DNA from: Candidatus Micrarchaeota archaeon | Lineage (GTDB): Archaea > Micrarchaeota > Micrarchaeia > Micrarchaeales > CABMGC01 | Length of the DNA stretch: 64,000 nucleotides | Direction: 5' to 3' | NCBI GenBank assembly: GCA_027319905.1 | Contig: DAHVMJ010000002.1 | Location: 389-64,388, forward strand | Shown here: piece after piece, positions 8,673 to 17,744 of the stretch | How positions within the stretch are numbered: the first letter of the stretch is position 1 | How the letters are laid out: every line of letters starts with the position of its first letter | Made by a program: the position numbers and the translations under genes | Notes under the pieces: model-generated | The model's input: only the letters and a program-made list of their open reading frames with translations | Told to the model about the DNA's origin: nothing | Databases searched by the model: none

Positions 8673-10829
8673 TCATCTGTACATGCTCTCCGGTTCCTCC
8701 TTGAAGCGCTTTATTCGCTCGGCCACTTCTTTCGGAACCGCCGGCTTTATCTCCTGCAGCGCCTTCATGAAATCTTCCTTCCTCACCACGGTGCGCTTGT
8801 TCCTTATCGCGTTCATGCCAGCCTCGCGTACTATGTTCTCTATCTCCGCGCCCGTGTACTCCTCGGTGACATTTGCCAGCTCCACCAGGTCCACGTCCTT
8901 GTCTATTGGCATGCGCTTTGTGTGCACCTTGAATATCTCAAACCTTGCGTTCGCGTCAGGCATAAGTATCTCTATGACCTTGTCGAACCTTCCGGGGCGA
9001 AGCAGCGCAGGGTCTACGTCCTCTGGCCTGTTAGTCGCCGCAAGCACGACAACGTTCTTGAGGTCGCTAAGTCCGTCCATCTCGGTCAGCAGAGTGTCGA
9101 CCACGCGTTCGGAAACCCCAGAGTCCATGTATCCGCTGCCCCTGGAATGTGCGAGCGCGTCTATCTCGTCTATGAAGACTATGCACGGAGCGGCCATCCT
9201 CGCCTTCCTGAACAGCTCCCTCATCGTCTTCTCGCTCTCTCCCACGAACTTGCTCAGCACCTCAGGTCCCTTTATCGAGATGAAGTTCGCCTCTCTTTCT
9301 GTAGCTACCGCCTTTGCCAGAAGCGTCTTGCCCGTGCCAGGAGGGCCAACAAGGAGTATGCCCTTTATCGGCCTTATGCCTATGTTGTCGAATGCCTGGG
9401 GGTCCTTCAGCGGCAGCTCTACCGCTTCTTTTATCTCCGCCTTGACCTTCTCCAGGTTCCCTATGTCGCCCCAGTGCACGTTCGGTCTCTCTACGAACAC
9501 CTCACGCAGCGCGCTGGGTCTTATGCTCTTGAGTGCATCCATGAAGTTCTCCCTGGTGACGCTGAGCGATGACAGTATCTCGTCGGGTATGCGCTTCTTG
9601 TCTATTATCTTGGGCCATATGTTCCTCAGCGACGCCATAGCAGCCTCCTTTGCGAGCGCGCTCAGGTCCGCGCCCGTGTACCCGTGCGTTATCGATGCGA
9701 GCTCGTCAACCACTACGTCCTTTGCCAGCGGCATGTTTCTTGTGTGGATAAGAAGTATCTCCTTTCTTGCGGGCCTATCTGGTATGCCTATCTCTATCTC
9801 TCTGTCGAATCTCCCGGGTCTTCGCAGCGCGGGGTCGATGGCATCTGGCCTGTTCGTCGCAGCAAGCACTATCACCTGCCCTCTCGCTGGCATGCCATCC
9901 AGAAGGGTGAGCAGCTGTGAGACCATCCTTCGCTCAACCTCGTTTGTTGCTTCCTCTCTTTTCGGCGCTATCGCGTCTATCTCATCCATGAATATGATGC
10001 TGGGCGACTTCTCATTCGCTTCGCGGAAGATTTCGCGCAGTTTCTCCTCGCTCTCTCCCACGAACTTGCTAACCAGCTCGGGTCCGGATATGGAGATGAA
10101 ATGGGCATCGCTCTCGTTAGCTACCGCCTTTGCGAGCAGCGTCTTGCCCGTGCCCGGAGATCCGTAGAGCAGCACGCCACGCGGAGGCTCTATCCCAAGA
10201 CGCTCGAAGACCTCAGGGTAGCGTATCGGGTACTCGACCATCTCCCTTATTTTTTGTATCTCGTTCTTCAAGCCGCCTATGTCCTCGTAGTGCACGTCTG
10301 CGACGCGCACCTCAGACTCCGATACCGGTTCCTCCTTTACCGTGAGCGTCGTGTCCTTGGTTATCTTCACAACGCCATGCGGCGATACCTGCACGACTAT
10401 GAAGTTGAAGACCAGACCGAACATCGGTATCGGTATAGAATCGCCTTTCACCAGTGGCCTGTTCTCCAGCCTTCTTTTCGCATAATCCGCGAAGTCTGGA
10501 GATAGTGGGGGTCTCTGGTTCATCGGAGGCGCTATGGTGACCTTCTCCGCTTCCTTTACCTCAGCCTTTGAAACGAAAACCTTGTCGCCTATTCCGATTC
10601 CTATGTTCTGCCTTAGGTAGCCGTCGATTCTCACGAAGCCGAGTCCCTCGTCGCTCGGATGAGCCTGCCACACTATCGCTGCCGTCGACTTGCTCTTCCC
10701 CTTTATCTCCACGGCTTCTCCTGACACAACTCCGAGAAGCTTCTGCGAGTGCGAATCGAGCCTGGCTATGCCCCTGCCCGAATCAGTGATTAACGCGTCG
10801 CTGACAGTTAGCTCTATGCCATTTGCCAT
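8673..10829 (-). CDS. cdc48: CDC48/VCP-type AAA+ ATPase (N domain plus two AAA modules)
   Basis: Double-psi barrel N domain (GIARLD...GEAVEIKG), two Walker A motifs (GSPGTGKT, GPPGTGKT), two Walker B motifs (IIFMDEID, IVFIDEID) and SRH regions. Confidence 0.95.
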   Translation of the reverse strand: MANGIELTVSDALITDSGRGIARLDSHSQKLLGVVSGEAVEIKGKSKSTAAIVWQAHPSDEGLGFVRIDGYLRQNIGIGIGDKVFVSKAEVKEAEKVTIAPPMNQRPPLSPDFADYAKRRLENRPLVKGDSIPIPMFGLVFNFIVVQVSPHGVVKITKDTTLTVKEEPVSESEVRVADVHYEDIGGLKNEIQKIREMVEYPIRYPEVFERLGIEPPRGVLLYGSPGTGKTLLAKAVANESDAHFISISGPELVSKFVGESEEKLREIFREANEKSPSIIFMDEIDAIAPKREEATNEVERRMVSQLLTLLDGMPARGQVIVLAATNRPDAIDPALRRPGRFDREIEIGIPDRPARKEILLIHTRNMPLAKDVVVDELASITHGYTGADLSALAKEAAMASLRNIWPKIIDKKRIPDEILSSLSVTRENFMDALKSIRPSALREVFVERPNVHWGDIGNLEKVKAEIKEAVELPLKDPQAFDNIGIRPIKGILLVGPPGTGKTLLAKAVATEREANFISIKGPEVLSKFVGESEKTMRELFRKARMAAPCIVFIDEIDALAHSRGSGYMDSGVSERVVDTLLTEMDGLSDLKNVVVLAATNRPEDVDPALLRPGRFDKVIEILMPDANARFEIFKVHTKRMPIDKDVDLVELANVTEEYTGAEIENIVREAGMNAIRNKRTVVRKEDFMKALQEIKPAVPKEVAERIKRFKEEPESMYR

Positions 10830-10894
10830 AAGTAGTGACCCTTTAACCTAGAATATGCCAATAAAGGTTAATAAATACTTTGCGATTCTTCGGC

Positions 10895-11641
10895 TCAAAA
10901 AAGTACGCGCCGGTAAAGTGACGACATTACCAGCGCAATTATCAGTATGAAGACTAGGCCGGGGAGGAGCGCAAACAGCGGGACCACCACAGTCAGAAGC
11001 AGGAATATGGCAACCATCATGCCCGCGAATACGGGCTTATTCCACCTGTACACCTTGCTGCCGTCAAGGGGCATTATGGGCAGCATGTTGAAGAAAGCGA
11101 GATAGATGCTTATGAATACGATGAAGCTGAACGCCACCTGCAGATAGGAGATGCCTGCGGGAGCCGTGCCGAAGAGCACTCCGGTAACGTTTCTTCCGAA
11201 TCCCGGAAACATCAGACTTCCTAGTGCGAAGAAGACCGCGAATACGGCGAAGTTGGTGAGCGGGCCCGCGAGTGATACATAGCCTTCCTCTTTCCTCGTG
11301 AAGTGCGGCGCATATATCATCGTGGCTCCAGGCAGCCCGATAAGGAATCCGAACATGCTGGTGACAAGAGTTATCATTATGCCGCTATCCGATTTCCTGA
11401 AGGCGGCCATAGCGCCGAAGCGCTGGGCTACGAACTTGTGCATGAGTTCGTGCAGTATGAATGAAAGCGACACCGCCACGAAGGAGATCGGGAGCAGGTA
11501 CAGAAACGCGCCAGGCGAAAGGCCGAAGAGGCCGCCGCCTAGAGCGAGCGCGAAGCCTATGCTGAGCGCCGCATCCGCTATCAGTATGTCCTCTACCTCC
11601 CTGGAGAGTCCTGAACCGTAAGTCACCTGCATAAGAAACAA
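10895..11641 (-). CDS. M50-family (site-2 protease-like) membrane metalloprotease
   Basis: HELMH zinc motif in a polytopic membrane protein, with a downstream NMLPIMPLDG motif. Confidence 0.8.
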   Translation of the reverse strand: MFLMQVTYGSGLSREVEDILIADAALSIGFALALGGGLFGLSPGAFLYLLPISFVAVSLSFILHELMHKFVAQRFGAMAAFRKSDSGIMITLVTSMFGFLIGLPGATMIYAPHFTRKEEGYVSLAGPLTNFAVFAVFFALGSLMFPGFGRNVTGVLFGTAPAGISYLQVAFSFIVFISIYLAFFNMLPIMPLDGSKVYRWNKPVFAGMMVAIFLLLTVVVPLFALLPGLVFILIIALVMSSLYRRVLF

Positions 11642-11690
11642 TAGAATGTAGCTAAAATCTTATTAAATGCAAGCGTAGAATAAGGCTTGC

Positions 11691-11763
11691 AGCTCCATCG
11701 TCTAGTGGTCAAGGACGGCGGGCTCTGGACCCGCTGACGCCAGTTCGAATCTGGCTGGAGCTA
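11691..11763 (+). tRNA. tRNA-Gln (anticodon CUG)
   Basis: Hand-folded cloverleaf: acceptor AGCTCCA/TGGAGCT plus A73, D stem GTCT/GGAC, anticodon stem GCGGG/CCCGC, loop CTCTGGA, T arm GCCAG-TTCGAAT-CTGGC. Confidence 0.9.
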
Positions 11764-11764
11764 T

Positions 11765-12631
11765 ATGCGAAAGGGTTGCTCGGTGGATAAAACACTGGTC
11801 TTTATCGATGGTGTCTACCTATATAGGCTAGCAAAACTGTTCTACACGGAAGGCAAATTCAGTTTTGTGCAGTTTGCCTTGAAAATAGCCGAGTCACTAG
11901 ACTTAAGCTGCGAAAAGGTGTTTGTATATTACGGGGCATCCTCCCAAAGCAAAGTAGGAACCAGGATAATCGAGGAAAAAGCCGGCATATCAGGAAATGA
12001 CAAGGTCAAATTAATCGTCAGAAGCGGCCTGATGATAAGCAAGAAAAGAAAACTGGCAGAGAAGGGAGTCGACACTTTATTAACCATGGACTTGATGCTC
12101 GAGCCCTTCAAAGAGAACGTCAAAAAGATCATTGTCGTAACCGGGGACAGCGACTTTGTGCCCGTATTAGATTATGTCAGGAGCAAGGGCGTCAAAATCA
12201 CACTCTGCAGCACCATACATACCGCGGAACCTTTACTAAAAGCATGCGATAGGCACCTGATGCTGAATGATTCTGTTTTTAATGAGGTGCCGCCGAAGGC
12301 AGAACCTCGCGAGAACCCCGTGCTTTTAAGAATGAAAAGACATCTTTCGCGGTTGTCACGGCTGCCACGCTTGCTGAGTTCGCACAAGATAAATTACAAA
12401 CAGGAAGTGCTGGAAATCTTGGGCGAAAAACCGTACAATCAGAGCGGCATAGCAAAGCGCATTAGCAAGAAATACGCGGTTGATGCGCAAGAAGCAAAGA
12501 GTCTCGTGCACAAAACACTGCTTGAGTTGCTCAAAGAGGGGAAGATAATGAAGGGCGGACAAAATCAAGAGAAAGACGAGTTAGGCAACCCTGTAATCAA
12601 TTACCGACTTGTAGACAAGGTGCACAGCTAG
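11765..12631 (+). CDS. NYN/LabA-like nuclease-domain protein with a C-terminal winged-helix region
   Basis: Motifs found: VFIDGVYLY, GVDTLLTMDLM and IIVVTGDSDFVPVLDYVRSKGVKI. The C-terminus YNQSGIAKRISKKY...LLELLKEGKI is wHTH-like. Confidence 0.7.
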   Translation: MRKGCSVDKTLVFIDGVYLYRLAKLFYTEGKFSFVQFALKIAESLDLSCEKVFVYYGASSQSKVGTRIIEEKAGISGNDKVKLIVRSGLMISKKRKLAEKGVDTLLTMDLMLEPFKENVKKIIVVTGDSDFVPVLDYVRSKGVKITLCSTIHTAEPLLKACDRHLMLNDSVFNEVPPKAEPRENPVLLRMKRHLSRLSRLPRLLSSHKINYKQEVLEILGEKPYNQSGIAKRISKKYAVDAQEAKSLVHKTLLELLKEGKIMKGGQNQEKDELGNPVINYRLVDKVHS

Positions 12632-12730
12632 CGAAGTTGCTCGAAACTGCAGGAAAAAAGCCGAAGGCGTCGACTTGTGCTCGTACGCCCAAAAAGACTA
12701 TTTGTATGCATCCCGATTGACCGAGGTACG

Positions 12731-13816
12731 TCACCCTAGTAGTCCCCGGATTCCGTCTATGCCTCTTTTCTTCAGTTCCCTGTCGATGAGGACCTCTACG
12801 TAGCCCTGTATGGCCGCGATGGTCTTTATGTCGGCAATCTCCCCAGAAGCTATCATCTCCAGCGCCCTGGCCGGTTTCACCCGTTCGAAGTTCTTGAGTA
12901 TGGTCTCATGTCCTTGCAGGTTACGCGTACCCTCCTCCTCTACTTCGGCGTAGAAAATATGCGCCTTCTCCGAAGCCCTTCCCGGGCTCGAATACCCGCT
13001 TAAAATCGCTTTCAATTCGCGCAGCTTCAGTCCGCCCTCTTCTGAAGCTTCCTTTGCCGCGTTTTCTTCAGGGGTCTCATATGTTCCTGATTTTGTTCTG
13101 TCGATCTTGCCCGCTATCGCCTCAAAAAGCCACTCTCCGTTGCCTTCGTTCGCCGGCGTCCTGTGCTGTCGAATCAGCATTATGTTGCCGTCTGCGTCTA
13201 TGGGAAGCACCATAGCTGCGTTTCCAAAATCGATGTAAGAGCGATTGAATTCCCTTCCGTTTGCGTCCTTCCACACCTGTTCGTGGTAGGTAAAGATACC
13301 TCTCTTGTCAAGCTGGTGCGGCGTGTCGCTTATCTTTTGTGGCGTGTTCTCGCTTTCACTTTCTCTGACCACGCTCTCCGGCTTAAGCATCTCCCTGAAA
13401 GTGCTTTCGGCCTGCTTTAGTTTGCCTGGTATCTGCTCCTTCAGCTGTCCGGCCTCCTGTTCGCTTCTGACTGGTTTAGTTGCTACATCGGCCATCATCG
13501 TCTTGCCTTTCAGCCTTTGATGCTTTTTAGCTACCACCCTGGTGAAAGAGGCGATAGTTTCGTATAGCAATCTCGTATCCTGTTCTCCTAGGTCCAATGC
13601 GTTCGTATCGTTTACAAGCCTGAAGAACTCCGTTACCCTGCCGTTTACGCTCCTGAGCTCTGGAACCTGTACCGCAGGGTCTTCAATGTATGTGGCAAGC
13701 TGCTTTGCGAAATTGTCTACAGACACCACCATTTGGTGCTTCTGATCAGCGGAAGACTCCAAATCCATCCAATCTCCTATATCAATAGCGCTTTCCCTTT
13801 TAATAAAGGTGCGCAT
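12731..13816 (-). CDS. Nudix hydrolase (ADP-ribose pyrophosphatase-like) with an N-terminal extension of about 190 aa of unknown function
   Basis: Nudix-box-like GKIDRTKSGTYETPEENAAKEASEEGGL lies in the C-terminal half. Confidence 0.65.
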   Translation of the reverse strand: MRTFIKRESAIDIGDWMDLESSADQKHQMVVSVDNFAKQLATYIEDPAVQVPELRSVNGRVTEFFRLVNDTNALDLGEQDTRLLYETIASFTRVVAKKHQRLKGKTMMADVATKPVRSEQEAGQLKEQIPGKLKQAESTFREMLKPESVVRESESENTPQKISDTPHQLDKRGIFTYHEQVWKDANGREFNRSYIDFGNAAMVLPIDADGNIMLIRQHRTPANEGNGEWLFEAIAGKIDRTKSGTYETPEENAAKEASEEGGLKLRELKAILSGYSSPGRASEKAHIFYAEVEEEGTRNLQGHETILKNFERVKPARALEMIASGEIADIKTIAAIQGYVEVLIDRELKKRGIDGIRGLLG

Positions 13817-13833
13817 AATACCTCTAGATATTC

Positions 13834-14340
13834 ATGAAGCAAGCTCCAGCCGAAGAGATATTGATTGTGGACGAGAAAGATAGGATCGTCGGACACAGGC
13901 CAAGAAGCGAGGTGGACGAGAAGAACCTCAGGTACAGGGTCGCCGCGCTCTGGCTCAAGAACCAGAAGGGCGAGAGCCTGTTGGCGAGGCGTGCCTACAC
14001 GAAAACCCACGAGCCAGGTAGGTGGGGGCCCGCTGTCTCCGGGACTGTGCCAGTTGGCGAATCTTATCTTGATGCCCTGCTAAGGGAAGCGAAGGAGGAA
14101 CTCGGGCTTTCAGGTCTGGCCCTCAAAGATGGTCCAAAAGAAAGAATCGATGGGTCGCACTGCTGTTTTAACCAATGGTTCACATCAACCTTAGACAAAC
14201 CCGCCGAGGATATTGTAATCCAGCGCGAGGAAGTTGCTGAGGTAAAGTGGTTTTCCAAGAAAGAACTACAAAAAAGAATTGAGACCGATCCGGAAGAGTT
14301 CATTGGCGGGATGAAGAAATACTGCGGCCTGTTCGCGTGA
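13834..14340 (+). CDS. Nudix hydrolase
   Basis: Nudix box SGTVPVGESYLDALLREAKEELGL. Compact 168-aa protein. Confidence 0.75.
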   Translation: MKQAPAEEILIVDEKDRIVGHRPRSEVDEKNLRYRVAALWLKNQKGESLLARRAYTKTHEPGRWGPAVSGTVPVGESYLDALLREAKEELGLSGLALKDGPKERIDGSHCCFNQWFTSTLDKPAEDIVIQREEVAEVKWFSKKELQKRIETDPEEFIGGMKKYCGLFA

Positions 14341-14540
14341 TGTAGCATGAGAGAAAATAGCGCCTTGTGGTCATAGACATGGAGAACTGGAGCATCAATG
14401 ACAACACAAAGGGCCATACCGAGAAAACTTACGAACTTCATAGACAAAAACAGAGACAAGTTTGCTTGCGCCGATCATCTTGCGATTCGGCGCCGACGCA
14501 TACTTTTTTATGCTTGCGATTGTAGAACTGACTCGGGAAC

Positions 14541-14975
14541 ATGCCCAAGGAACTGAGCGACCACGTCATAGTCTGCGGATACGGTCTTGTCGGCGAGAAG
14601 ATAGTGGACATACTGCTGCAGCACGACATAGACCTCGTGGTTATAGACGCCGATAAGAACAAAGTGGACGCGCTGAACGATCGTGGCGTACGCGCAATTT
14701 TTGGTGACGCCACCTCCTCGAAGATTCTCAAGGAGGCCGGAGTTGAGAGGGCAAGGGCGATAGCCATAGCAATGGACGACGACGCCAAGAACATCTTTGC
14801 TGTCATAACCGCACGGAGCCTGAATGACAAGATAACAATAGCGACGCGCGCCAACGACGAATTTCTCAAGGACAAGCTCAAGGAGGCTGGAGCGAAGTTT
14901 GTCGCCACCCCGAACAAATCAGCAAGCGACGAGCTATTCAGCGAGCTGGAGAAAGGAGCCGGTCCGGGTGCGTGA
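14541..14975 (+). CDS. TrkA-N/RCK NAD-binding domain protein (soluble)
   Basis: Rossmann motif HVIVCGYGLVGEKI and ..VVIDAD...FGDAT, typical of TrkA-N. Confidence 0.8.
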   Translation: MPKELSDHVIVCGYGLVGEKIVDILLQHDIDLVVIDADKNKVDALNDRGVRAIFGDATSSKILKEAGVERARAIAIAMDDDAKNIFAVITARSLNDKITIATRANDEFLKDKLKEAGAKFVATPNKSASDELFSELEKGAGPGA

Positions 14976-15743
14976 ATGCAGTCGAATAAGGAGGACGCCT
15001 TCAACGTTATGGTCCTTACGGTTGTCATCGTTGTAGTGATCATCGTTGCCTCCATCATCGCCCTCGCGTTCCTTACCCACAACCTTTACCTCGATTCCTA
15101 TTTCGCGCTTGAGGCCTTCTTTGACGCGCAGAACACAGCAGCGTCATCGGCTCTCGCGGCGATAGCATTTGCAGAAGGGCCATCACAGTGGGTGCCAATA
15201 CTGCTTATAGTAATCGCCGACAACCTTAGCAGGATACTGATAGTGAGCTTCATAATCGCCGCTGTGATAGACTTCCTGAACTTTGCAAACGTCGAACAGA
15301 TAATAAACGACTTCAAGGCTCGCGGACTCAGGAACCACGTGATAATCTGCGGCTATAACGACCTCGCCATAAGGCTGATGCAGCGCCTGAAGGCGCAGCA
15401 CTCCAGCTACTTCGTCATAAGCGAGAGAAAAGGGCTTGAATCGGAGTTCTCAGAAAAGAAGATACTCGGGATAACCGGCGACTTCACGAAGGACGACGTA
15501 CTCAAGGATGCGCAGATAGACAAGGCACGCGCGATTGCGATAGTGTCAGAGAGCGACGTGGATAACATAGTGTCAGCGATGGTTGCCAGGCGCATAAATC
15601 CTAAGATAAAGGTGCTGATACGGCTCGCTGACGAGCACGTACGCAAGCGTGTGTACGGGATAGGCGCCGACATGGCCGTCATACCGGAGTACCTTGCAGG
15701 TATAGAGATCGGCGAGTTCATTGCGAGGGCGCAGGGTGCGTAG
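14976..15743 (+). CDS. Membrane protein with a C-terminal TrkA-N/RCK domain (ion-channel-like, no canonical K+ filter)
   Basis: N-terminal TMHs followed by HVIICGYNDLAIRL...GDFT. No TVGYG-type signature is seen. Confidence 0.65.
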   Translation: MQSNKEDAFNVMVLTVVIVVVIIVASIIALAFLTHNLYLDSYFALEAFFDAQNTAASSALAAIAFAEGPSQWVPILLIVIADNLSRILIVSFIIAAVIDFLNFANVEQIINDFKARGLRNHVIICGYNDLAIRLMQRLKAQHSSYFVISERKGLESEFSEKKILGITGDFTKDDVLKDAQIDKARAIAIVSESDVDNIVSAMVARRINPKIKVLIRLADEHVRKRVYGIGADMAVIPEYLAGIEIGEFIARAQGA

Positions 15744-16469
15744 ATGGTGAGACTCAGAGCAATACAGCTCGTTTCGATAACCTTCATAGCCATAATCTTC
15801 GTCATCTCCACAGCGCTCATCACGCTGGACAATTACAGCCTACCCGCCGCTGCTCTTTACGCGATGCTCAACATAATAGGTGCGAACTTTCCGCCATCTG
15901 CAAACCTTGTTGATGCGGCCAACCCTCTTGTGCTGCTCTCCCTCACTCTCGCTGGCATAGCGAACGTTGCCTTCACGATCACGTTTGCCACCATCTTCTA
16001 CCAGCTGCTGGTGGGCGTAGACATGAGGTACACGTTGCAGAACCAGATGCTGCGCGGCGTTTCGGGGCACATAATAATTACCCCTATCAATGGAATAGGC
16101 ACAGAACTGGCAAACAGGCTGAGGGAGGAGAAGAAGCGTGTCGTCTTCATAGACGAGAACAAGTACGAGGTCAGGAAGGCACACAGCAGAGGCTTTCTCG
16201 CAGTCTACGGTGATCCTACAAAAAACGAGACGCTGGTATCGGCACGAATAGACAGCGCCGCAGCTCTCTGCGCGCTCTACGATGATGATATAAAGAACAC
16301 ACTGGTTACGATAGAAGCGAGGAGAGGGGTGCAGAAGACGCGCGTGCTTTCCAGAATAAAGAGGCTTGAAGACATGCCCAAGATGGAGAGGGCTGGGGCG
16401 CTCCGCATCATACTCCCCGAGGCGGCGGTGGGCATAGAACTTGGCGACTTTCTTGTCGCAAATAGCTAG
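15744..16469 (+). CDS. Membrane protein with a C-terminal TrkA-N/RCK domain (ion-channel-like, degenerate filter)
   Basis: Two or three TMHs and a pore-helix-like segment (LNIIGANFPP) precede GHIIITPINGIGTELA...YGDPT. Confidence 0.65.
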   Translation: MVRLRAIQLVSITFIAIIFVISTALITLDNYSLPAAALYAMLNIIGANFPPSANLVDAANPLVLLSLTLAGIANVAFTITFATIFYQLLVGVDMRYTLQNQMLRGVSGHIIITPINGIGTELANRLREEKKRVVFIDENKYEVRKAHSRGFLAVYGDPTKNETLVSARIDSAAALCALYDDDIKNTLVTIEARRGVQKTRVLSRIKRLEDMPKMERAGALRIILPEAAVGIELGDFLVANS

Positions 16470-16531
16470 CGCTAACAGACTGCAGTCTCTTCTCCCAGAA
16501 AGAGTTAAAATCCTTTAATTGTTAGAGCCGT

Positions 16532-17740
16532 ATGGTAGACATGGCTGACCAGCCCGTAACCACTAGCATAGACGACCTAGTCAAGTATATCAACGAGCAC
16601 GGCGAAACCGATTCAAGCACCCTCGCAGCGGCGCTCAAGGTCGGCGAGAACATAATAGAGACCTGGGCCGACGTGCTGGAGAAGGCGCAGATAGTCAAGA
16701 TAAACTACAAGCTGGGTAAGATGTTCGTTGCGCCGAAGACGGTCACAAAGGAAGGCGCAGAGGTAGCGAAGAAAACCGTAGAGCTGAAGCGCGGCACGGC
16801 CGAGACCGAGCTCGCGACCCAGCTCAGCATGATAAACCAGATCAACGCAAGGCTGGAGGAATTCAAGAGATACGTGACAAGCGCTGAGGGGGCGTTCAAA
16901 ACCAAAGCCGGCCAGATAAAAGCGACGATAGACCAGATAGACAAGCTGAACGCGCAGGTCGACTCGGCGTACAGGAAGCTGAAGGACAAGAAGGACACGA
17001 TAGACAGGCTTTCTGCTACTCTTGACAAGGAGGCGGCTCAGCTGGAAGAGAAGGCGAGTAGGACTCAGGTTGCAGCCGGGGGCAGCGGCGACCCGCAGAG
17101 AGTTATAAATGATATAAGCGCAAAACTGGAAGACTCCGAGGGCAGGCTAAAGGCGCTGCACTCAAACGTTGACTCCACGCTCAACCAGAGCAGGAACGAG
17201 CTTTCGCAGATGCTCAACAGCATACGCGACGAGACCAAGCTGCTCAGGGACCTGCTCTCGCAGCGGGAGAAGGAACTGCACGACTATGACTCCGTCCTCA
17301 AGTCCTACAAGCAGGAATCAGATTCTGTAAAGAGACAGGCGGCAAGGGAGCGCGCACACATGCTCGATGACATAGCCAGATCAAGCGACGAGGCCGGGAA
17401 GATATACGCCGTGGCCGAGAAGCAGATAACAGACGTGAAGAAGGTGCTCGCGGATACGAAGGCGCAGTTCGGCGGCTTCGCCGATCTTAGCGACAAGCTG
17501 AATGGTATTAAAAGCAGCATCGATTCTATATCAAGGCAGAAGGACGAGCTGCAGAAGGAGTTTGAGCAACTGCAGGAAATGATGCGTGCCCTATCTGCCC
17601 TGGACGATTCGAAGATTGCAGAGAAGAGCATGAAGATGCAGGAGATCAACGAGCGCGTCGACAGGGCCAACAAGAAGATCACGCAACTCGGCAACCAGGC
17701 AGACGATGTGAAGAAGGGCATAGACGAGATGGCGAAGTGA
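16532..17740 (+). CDS. Coiled-coil protein with an N-terminal winged-helix-like domain; first gene of the pilus ATPase operon
   Basis: About 60 aa of wHTH-like sequence (IDDLVKYINEHGETDSSTLAAALKVGENIIETWADVLE) is followed by about 330 aa of heptad-rich sequence. It ends 4 nt before the ATPase gene. Confidence 0.55.
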   Translation: MVDMADQPVTTSIDDLVKYINEHGETDSSTLAAALKVGENIIETWADVLEKAQIVKINYKLGKMFVAPKTVTKEGAEVAKKTVELKRGTAETELATQLSMINQINARLEEFKRYVTSAEGAFKTKAGQIKATIDQIDKLNAQVDSAYRKLKDKKDTIDRLSATLDKEAAQLEEKASRTQVAAGGSGDPQRVINDISAKLEDSEGRLKALHSNVDSTLNQSRNELSQMLNSIRDETKLLRDLLSQREKELHDYDSVLKSYKQESDSVKRQAARERAHMLDDIARSSDEAGKIYAVAEKQITDVKKVLADTKAQFGGFADLSDKLNGIKSSIDSISRQKDELQKEFEQLQEMMRALSALDDSKIAEKSMKMQEINERVDRANKKITQLGNQADDVKKGIDEMAK

Positions 17741-17744
17741 ACTG

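Noticed and set aside
7717-10167. An 816-aa plus-strand ORF, with nested ORFs at 8604-9572 and 10101-10505.
   Set aside because: It is antisense to S6e and Cdc48, which carry unambiguous AAA+ motifs. Its translation is low-complexity (Ser/Leu/Arg-rich) with no motifs. It is a shadow ORF.
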